Positions 56,001 through 64,000 of a stretch of DNA of 64,000 nt are shown piece after piece. Below the pieces are notes generated by a model, which saw nothing but the letters and a program-made list of their open reading frames with translations, was not told where the DNA came from and searched no databases. Source of the DNA: Eledone cirrhosa (lineage: Eukaryota); contig OZ024744.1 in assembly GCA_964016885.1 (NCBI GenBank), positions 11,718,001 through 11,782,000 of the forward strand, read 5' to 3'. The position numbers and the translations under genes are program-made. How positions within the stretch are numbered: position 1 is the stretch's first letter; every line of letters starts with the position of its first letter.

Positions 56001-59000
56001 GTACTCCAATATGATGTGCTGTTGTACTCCAATGCGTTGTGTTGTTGTACTCCAATATGCTGTGTTGTTATACTCCAATATGTTGTGTTGTTATACTCCA
56101 ATATGTTGTGTTGTTATACTCCAATATGTTGTGTTGTTTTACTCCAATATGTTGTATTGTTGATCTCCAATATGTCATATTATACTCCAATAAGTTGTGT
56201 TCTTGTACTCCAATATGTGTTGTTGTTGTACTCCAATATGTTGCGTCGTTGTACTCCAATATATCATGTTGTCGTACTCCAATATGTCATGTTATACTCC
56301 AATATGTTTTGATGCTGTACTCCAATATGTTGTGTTGTTGTACTACAATATGTTGTGTTGTTGTACTCCAATATGTTGTGTTGTTATACTCCAATATGTT
56401 GTGTTGTTGTACTCCAATATGTTGTGTTGTTATACTCCAATATGTTGTGTTGTTGTACTCCAATATCTTGTGTTCTTATACTCCAATATGTTGTGTTGTT
56501 ATACTCCAATATGTTGTGTTGTTGTACTCCAATATGTTGTGCTGTTTTACTCCAATATGTTGTGTTGTTGTACTCCAATATGTTGTATTGTTTTTCTCCA
56601 ATATGTCATGTTATACTCCAATAAGTTGTGTTCTTGTACTCCAATATGTTGTGTTGTTGTACTCCAATATATCATGTTGTCGTACTCCAATATGTCATGT
56701 TATACTCCAATATGTCATTGTTGTACTCCAATATGTCGTGTTGTTGTACTCCAATATGTCGTGTTGTTGTACTCCAATATGTTGTGTTGTTGTACTCCAA
56801 TATGTTGTGTTGTTGTACTCCAATATGTTGTGTTGTTATACTCCAATATGTTATGTTGTTGTACTCCAATATGTCATGTTGTTGTACTCCAATATGTTTT
56901 GATGTTGTACTCCAATATGTTGTGTTGTTGTACTCCAATATGTTTTGATGTTGTACTCCAATATGTTGTGTTGTTGTACTCCAATATGTTGTGTAGTCGT
57001 ACTCCAATATGTTGTGTTGTTGTACTCCAATATGCTGTGATGTTGTACTCCAATATGATGTGCTGTTGTACTCCAATGCGTTGTGTTGTTGTACTCCAAT
57101 ATGCTGTGTTGTTATACTCCAATATGTTGTGTTGTTGTACTCCAATATGTTGTGTTGTTGTACTCCAATATGTTGTGTTGTTGTAATCCAATATCTTGTG
57201 TTGTTATACTCCAATATGTTGTGCTGTTGTACTCCAATATGTTGAGTTGTTATACTCCAATATGTAGTGTTGTTATACTCCAATATGTTGTGTTGTTGTA
57301 CTCCAATCTGTTGCGTTATACTCCAATATGTTGTGTTGTTATACTCCAATATGTTGTGTTGTTATACTCCAATATGTTGTGTTGTTATACTCCAATATGT
57401 TGTGTTGTTTTACTCCAATATGTTGTATTGTTGATCTCCAATATGTCATATTATACTCCAATAAGTTGTGTTCTTGTACTCCAATATGTGTTGTTGTTGT
57501 ACTCCAATATGTTGCGTTGTTGTACTCCAATATATCATGTTGTCGTACTCCAATATGTCATGTTATACTCCAACATGTTTTGATGCTGTACTCCAATATG
57601 TTGTGTTGTTGTACTACAATATTTTGTGTTGTTGTACTCCAATATGTTGTGTTGTTATACTCCAATATGTTGTGCTGTTGTACTCCAATATGTTGTGTTG
57701 TTATACTCCAATATGTAGTGTTGTTATACTCCAATATGTTGTGTTGTTGTACTCCAATCTGTTGTGTTGTTATACTCCAATATGTTGTGTTGTTGTACTC
57801 CAATATGTTGTGCTGTTGTACTCCAATATGATGTGCTGTTGTACTCCAATATGTTGTATTGTTGTTCTCCAATATGTCATGTTATACTCCAATAAGTTGT
57901 GTTCTTGTACTCCATTATGTTGTGTTGTTGTACTCCAATATATCATGTTGTCGTACTCCAATATGTCATGTTATACTCCAATATGTCGTGTTGTTGTACT
58001 CCAATATGTCGTGTTGTTGTACTCCAATATGTTGTGTTGTTGTACTCCAATATGTTGTGTTGTTGTACTCCAATATGTTGTGTTGTTATACTCCAATATG
58101 TTATGTTGTTGTACTCCAATATGTCATGTTGTTGTACTCCAATATGTTTTGATGTTGTACTCCAATATGTTTTGATGTTGTACTCCAATATGTTTTGATG
58201 TTGTACTCCAATATGTTGTGTTGTTGTACTCCAATATGTTGTGTAGTCGTACTCCAATATGTTGTGTTGTTGTACTCCAATATGCTGTGATGTTGTACTC
58301 CAATATGATGTGCTGTTGTACTCCAATGCGTTATGTTGTTGTACTCCAATATGCTGTGTTGTTATACTCCAATATGTTGTGTTGTTATACTCCAATATGT
58401 TGTGCTGTTGTACTCCAATATGTTGAGTTGTTATACTCCAATATGTAGTGTTGTTATACTCCAATATGTTGTGTTGTTGTACTCCAATCTGTTGCGTTAT
58501 ACTCCAATATGTTGTGTTGTTATACTCCAATATGTTGTGTTGTTATACTCCAAAATGTTGTGTTGTTTTACTCCAATATGTTGTATTGTTGATCTCCAAT
58601 ATGTCATATTATACTCCAATAAGTTGTGTTCTTGTACTCCAATATGTGTTGTTGTTGTACTCCAATATGTTGCGTTGTTGTACTCCAATATATCATGTTG
58701 TCGTACTCCAATATGTCATGTTATACTCCAACATGTTTTGATGCTGTACTCCAATATGTTGTGTTGTTGTACTACAATATGTTGTGTTGTTGTACTCCAA
58801 TATGTTGTGTTGTTATACTCCAATATGTTGTGCTGTTGTACTCCAATATGTTGTGTTGTTATACTCCACTATGTAGTGTTGTTATACTCCAATATGTTGT
58901 GTTGTTGTACTCCAATCTGTTGTGTTGTTATACTCCAATATGTTGTGTTGTTGTACTCCAATATGTTGTGCTGTTGTACTCCAATATGATGTGCTGTTGT

Positions 59001-62000
59001 ACTCCAATATGTTGTATTGTTGTTCTCCAATATGTCATGTTATACTCCAATAAGTTGTGTTCTTGTACTCCATTATGTTGTGTTGTTGTACTCCAATATA
59101 TCACGTTGTCGTACTCCAATATGTCATGTTAAACTCCAATATGTCGTGTTGTTGTACTCCAATATGTCGTGTTGTTGTACTCCAATATGTTGTGCTGTTG
59201 TACTCCAATATGTTGTGTTGTTGTACTCCAATATGTTGTGTTGTTGTACTCCAATATGTTGTGTTGTTATACTCCAATATGTTATGTTGTTGTACTCCAA
59301 TATGTCATGTTGTTGTACTCCAATATGTTTTGATGTTGTACTCCAATATGTTTTGATGTTGTACTCCAATATGTTTTGATGTTGTACTCCAATATGTTGT
59401 GTTGTTGTACTCCAATATGTTGTGTAGTCGTACTCCAATATGTTGTGTTGTTGTACTCCAATATGCTGTGATGTTGTACTCCAATATGATGTGCTGTTGT
59501 ACTCCAATGCGTTGTGTTGTTGTACTCCAATATGCTGTGTTGTTATACTCCAATATGTTGTGTTGTTATACTCCAATATGTTGTGTTGTTATACTCCAAT
59601 ATGTTGTGTTGTTTTACTCCAATATGTTGTATTGTTGATCTCCAATATGTCATATTATACTCCAATAAGTTGTGTTCTTGTACTCCAATATGTGTTGTTG
59701 TTGTACTCCAATATGTTGCGTTGTTGTACTCCAATATATCATGTTGTCGTACTCCAATATCTCATGTTATACTCCAATATGTTTTGATGCTGTACTCCAA
59801 TATGTTGTGTTGTTGTACTACAATATGTTGTGTTGTTGTACTCCAATATGTTGTGTTGTTATACTCCAATATGTTGTGTTGTTGTACTCCAATATGTTGT
59901 GTTGTTATACTCCAATATGTTGTGTTGTTGTACTCCAATATCTTGTGTTCTTATACTCCAATATGTTGTGTTGTTATACTCCAATATGTTGTGTTGTTGT
60001 ACTCCAATATGTTGTGCTGTTTTACTCCAATATGTTGTGTTGTTGTACTCCAATATGTTGTATTGTTTTTCTCCAATATGTCATGTTATACTCCAATAAG
60101 TTGTGTTCTTGTACTCCAATATGTTGTGTTGTTGTACTCCAATATATCATGTTGTCGTACTCCAATATGTCATGTTATACTCCAATATGTCATTGTTGTA
60201 CTCCAATATGTCGTGTTGTTGTACTCCAATATGTCGTGTTGTTGTACTCCAATATGTTGTGTTGTTGTACTCCAATATGTTGTGTTGTTGTACTCCAATA
60301 TGTTGTGTTGTTATACTCCAATATGTTATGTTGTTGTACTCCAATATGTCATGTTGTTGTACTCCAATATGTTTTGATGTTGTACTCCAATATGTTGTGT
60401 TGTTGTACTCCAATATGTTTTGATGTTGTACTCCAATATGTTGTGTTGTTGTACTCCAATATGTTGTGTAGTCGTACTCCAATATGTTGTGTTGTTGTAC
60501 TACAATATGCTGTGATGTTGTACTCCAATATGATGTGCTGTTGTACTCCAATGCGTTGTGTTGTTGTACTCCAATATGCTGTGTTGTTATACTCCAATAT
60601 GTTGTGTTGTTGTACTCCAATATGTTGTGTTGTTGTACTCCAATATGTTGTGTTGTTGTAATCCAATATCTTGTGTTGTTATACTCCAATATGTTGTGCT
60701 GTTGTACTCCAATATGTTGAGTTGTTATACTCCAATATGTAGTGTTGTTATACTCCAATATGTTGTGTTGTTGTACTCCAATCTGTTGCGTTATACTCCA
60801 ATATGTTGTGTTGTTATACTCCAATATGTTGTGTTGTTATACTCCAATATGTTGTGTTGTTTTACTCCAATATGTTGTATTGTTGATCTCCAATATGTCA
60901 TATTATACTCCAATAAGTTGTGTTCTTGTACTCCAATATGTGTTGTTGTTGTACTCCAATATGTTGCGTTGTTGTACTCCAATATATCATGTTGTCGTAC
61001 TCCAATATGTCATGTTATACTCCAACATGTTTTGATGCTGTACTCCAATATGTTGTGTTGTTGTACTACAATATGTTGTGTTGTTGTACTCCAATATGTT
61101 GTGTTGTTATACTCCAATATGTTGTGCTGTTGTACTCCAATATGTTGTGTTGTTATACTCCAATATGTAGTGTTGTTATACTCCAATATGTTGTGTTGTT
61201 GTACTCCAATCTGTTGTGTTGTTATACTCCAATATGTTGTGTTGTTGTACTCCAATATGTTGTGCTGTTGTACTCCAATATGATGTGCTGTTGTACTCCA
61301 ATATGTTGTATTGTTGTTCTCCAATATGTCATGTTATACTCCAATAAGTTGTGTTCTTGTACTCCATTATGTTGTGTTGTTGTACTCCAATATATCATGT
61401 TGTCGTACTCCAATATGTCATGTTATACTCCAATATGTCGTGTTGTTGTACTCCAATATGTCGTGTTGTTGTACTCCAATATGTTGTGTTGTTGTACTCC
61501 AATATGTTGTGTTGTTGTACTCCAATATGTTGTGTTGTTATACTCCAATATGTTATGTTGTTGTACTCCAATATGTCATGTTGTTGTACTCCAATATGTT
61601 TTGATGTTGTACTCCAATATGTTTTGATGTTGTACTCCAATATGTTTTGATGTTGTACTCCAATATGTTGTGTTGTTGTACTCCAATATGTTGTGTAGTC
61701 ATACTCCAATATGTTGTGTTGTTGTACTCCAATATGCTGTGATGTTGTACTCCAATATGATGTGCTGTTGTACTCCAATGCGTTGTGTTGTTGTACTCCA
61801 ATATGCTGTGTTGTTATACTCCAATATGTTGTGTTGTTATACTCCAATATGTTGTGTTGTTATACTCCAATATGTTGTGTTGTTTTACTCCAATATGTTG
61901 TATTGTTGATCTCCAATATGTCATATTATACTCCAATAAGTTGTGTTCTTGTACTCCAATATGTGTTGTTGTTGTACTCCAATATGTTGCGTTGTTGTAC

Positions 62001-64000
62001 TCCAATATATCATGTTGTCGTACTCCAATATGTCATGTTATACTCCAATATGTTTTGATGCTGTACTCCAATATGTTGTGTTGTTGTACTAAAATATGTT
62101 GTGTTGTTGTACTCCAATATGTTGTGTTGTTATACTCCAATATGTTGTGCTGTTGTACTCCAATATGTTGTGTTGTTATACTCCAATATGTAGTGTTGTT
62201 ATACTCCAATATGTTATGTTGTTGTACTCCAATCTGTTGTGTTGTTATACTCCAATATATTGTGTTGTTATACTCCAATATGTTGTGTTGTTTTACTCCA
62301 ATATGTTGTGTTGTTGTACTCCAATATGTTGTATTGTTGTTCTCCAATATGTCATGTTATACTCCAATAAGTTGTGTTCTTGTACTCCAATATGTTGTGT
62401 TGTTGTACTCCAATATGTTGTGTTGTTGTACTCCAATATATCATGTTGTCGTACTCCAATATGTCATGTTATACTCCAATGTGTCATTGTTGTACTCCAA
62501 TATGTCGTGTTGTTGTACTCCAATATGTCGTGTTGTTGTACTCCAATATGTTGTGTTGTTGTACTCCAATATGTTGTGTTGTTGTACTCCAATATGTTGT
62601 GTTGTTATACTCCAATATGTTATGTTGTTGTACTCCAATATGTCATGTTGTTGTACTCCAATATGTTTTGATGTTGTACTCCAATATGTCGTGTTGTTAT
62701 ACTCCAATATGTTATGATGTTGTACTCCAATATATTGTGTTGTTGTACTCCAATATGTTGTGTTGCTGTACTCCAATATGTTGTGTCGTTGTACTCCAAT
62801 ACGTTGTGTTGTTGTACTCCAATATGTTGTGGTGTTGTACTCCAATATGTTGTTGTACTCCAATATGTCATGTTGTCGTACTCCAATATTTCGTGTTGTT
62901 GTACTCCAATATGTCATGGTGCTGTACTCCAATATGTTGTGTTGTTGTACTCCAATATGTTGTGTTGTTGTACTCCAATATGTTGTGTTGTTGTACTCCA
63001 ATATGTTGTGTTGTTGTACTCCAATATGTTGTGTTGTTGTACTCCAATATGTTGTGTTGTTGTACTCCAATATGCCATGTTGTTATACTCCAATATGTGG
63101 TGGTGTTGTACTCCAATATGTCATGTTGTTGTACTCCAATATTTCGTGTTGTTGTACTCCAATATGTCATAGGGGTTGTACTCCAATATGCTGTGTTGTT
63201 GTACTCCAATAGGTTGTGTTGTTGTACTCCAATATGCTGTGTTGGCTGTGCTCCAATACGTTGTGTTGTTGTACTCCAATAAGTTGTGTTCTTGTACTCC
63301 AATATGTTGTGTTGTTGTACTCCAATATGTTGTGTTGTTGTACTCCAATATGTTGTGTTGTTGTACTCCAATCTATATCGCTGTTGTACTCCAATATGTT
63401 GTGTTGTTGTACTCCAATATGTTGTGCTGTTGTACTCCAATATGTTGTGCTGTTGTACTCCAATATGTTGTGCTGTTATACTCCAATATATTGTGTTGTT
63501 ATACTCCAATATGTTGTGTTGTTGTACTCCAAAATATTGTGTTGTTATACTCCAATATGTTGTGTTGTTATACTCCAATATGTTGTGCTGTTATACTCCA
63601 ATATGTTGTGTTGTTGTACTCCAATATGGTGTGCTGTTATACTCCAATATTTTGTGTTGTTATACTCCAATATGTGGTATTGTTGTACTCCAATATGTTG
63701 TGCTGTTGTACTCCAATATGTTGTGTTGTTATACTCCAACATGTTGTGTTGTTATACTCCAATATGTTGTGTTGTTATACTCGAATATGTTGTGTTGTTA
63801 TACTAGAATATCTTGTGTTGTTATACTCGAATATGTTGTGCTGTTGTACTCCAATATGTAGTGTTGTTTATACTCCAATATGTTTTGCTGTTGTACTCCA
63901 ATATGTTGTGTTGCTGTACTCCTATATGTTGTGTTGTTATTCTCCAATATGTTGTGCTGTTGTACTCCAATGTGTTGTGTTGTTATACTCCAATATGTTG
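47050..64000. repeat. Second satellite domain: same monomer variants, different and shorter higher-order organisation
   Basis: The 9.5-kb order is lost. The marker GTTGATCTCCAATATGTCATATTATAC recurs about every 1.0-1.3 kb from ~55.1 to 61.9 kb (marker ORFs at 55045, 56068, 57339, 58497, 59543, 60791, 61814). Confidence 0.8.
54930..61850. repeat. Tandem duplication of a ~3.45-kb block (two copies)
   Basis: ORF offsets are 3452 or 3475 (55174 vs 58626; 56197 vs 59672; 57859 vs 61311). The copies share private variants CCACTATGTAG (~55415, ~58867), ATCACGTTG (~55650, ~59102) and GTTAAACTCC (~55678, ~59130). Confidence 0.85.

Larger units (their letters stand above)
1..64000. repeat. 23-bp tandem satellite array, consensus TACTCCAATATGTTGTGTTGTTG (reverse complement CAACAACACAACATATTGGAGTA), about 2,800 head-to-tail monomers, reaching both window edges
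   Basis: The TACTCCAATAT core recurs every ~23 bp from base 1 to 64000 in one orientation. Six-frame translations give only the 23-aa periodic strings YSNMLCCCTPICCVVVLQYVVLL and QHNILEYNNTTYWSTTTQHIGVQ (3 monomers = 69 bp). The common G/A dimorphism is GTTGTAC versus GTTATAC, and there are minor length variants of 18, 20, 21, 22 and 24 bp. Confidence 0.99.

Noticed and set aside
3-63861. Hundreds of ORFs up to 568 aa (Cys/Val-rich on the plus strand, Thr/Asn/Gln-rich on the minus strand) as genes
   Set aside because: They are translations of a stop-free 23-bp repeat. All frames give the same peptide and overlap completely, indels of 1, 2 and 5 bp do not preserve frame, and there are no unique domains or gene structure.
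1-64000. CRISPR-like array (constant 11-bp core plus variable ~12-bp 'spacer')
   Set aside because: The variable parts are point variants of one consensus rather than unique spacers. The unit is far too short, and there are no cas genes or leader.
1-64000. Telomerase-synthesised long telomeric repeat, as in the 23-25 bp TG-rich repeats of Candida or Kluyveromyces
   Set aside because: The length and TG-rich strand are superficially similar, but I recognise no matching repeat and it has no G-runs. A 64-kb array with inherited multi-kb variant order implies recombinational amplification rather than templated addition. A subtelomeric or recombination-maintained terminal location cannot be excluded.
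1-64000. Fungal RIP signature (many TG-to-TA changes, i.e. CpA-to-TpA on the minus strand)
   Set aside because: Every G in the consensus follows a T, so the context is uninformative. The plus-strand CpA in CCAAT is almost never mutated (CTAAT only at a few sites such as 9429, 31752 and 49953), and the multi-kb duplicates remain nearly identical.
1-64000. CCAAT boxes and TATA-like TTATAC as promoters
   Set aside because: They are just parts of the monomer. The flanks do not fit NF-Y or TBP consensus well, and there is no gene to regulate.

Overview
The whole 64 kb window is one uninterrupted, single-orientation tandem array of a 23-bp AT-rich satellite monomer (consensus TACTCCAATATGTTGTGTTGTTG; 11 T, 4 A, 3 C, 5 G; about 35% GC; roughly 2,800 copies). 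I found no unique sequence, transposon, RNA gene or credible protein-coding gene. The hundreds of ORFs are an artefact, because the consensus has no stop codon on either strand. The informative structure is the ordering of variant monomers into nested higher-order repeats (HORs). About 1-47 kb is built from near-identical units of about 9.0-9.5 kb (offsets 9238/9239, 8957, 12313 and 9530/9531 bp, plus a 21,843-bp super-duplication). About 47-64 kb uses the same variant monomers in shorter periods (about 1.0-1.3 kb, 3452/3475 bp, about 10.1 kb) and keeps longer, apparently ancestral alleles. This looks like eukaryotic (peri)centromeric, subtelomeric or other heterochromatic satellite DNA. I do not recognise the family, and neither organism nor function can be determined from the sequence alone. 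Offsets come from repeated ORF coordinates and diagnostic variant monomers; block boundaries are approximate.
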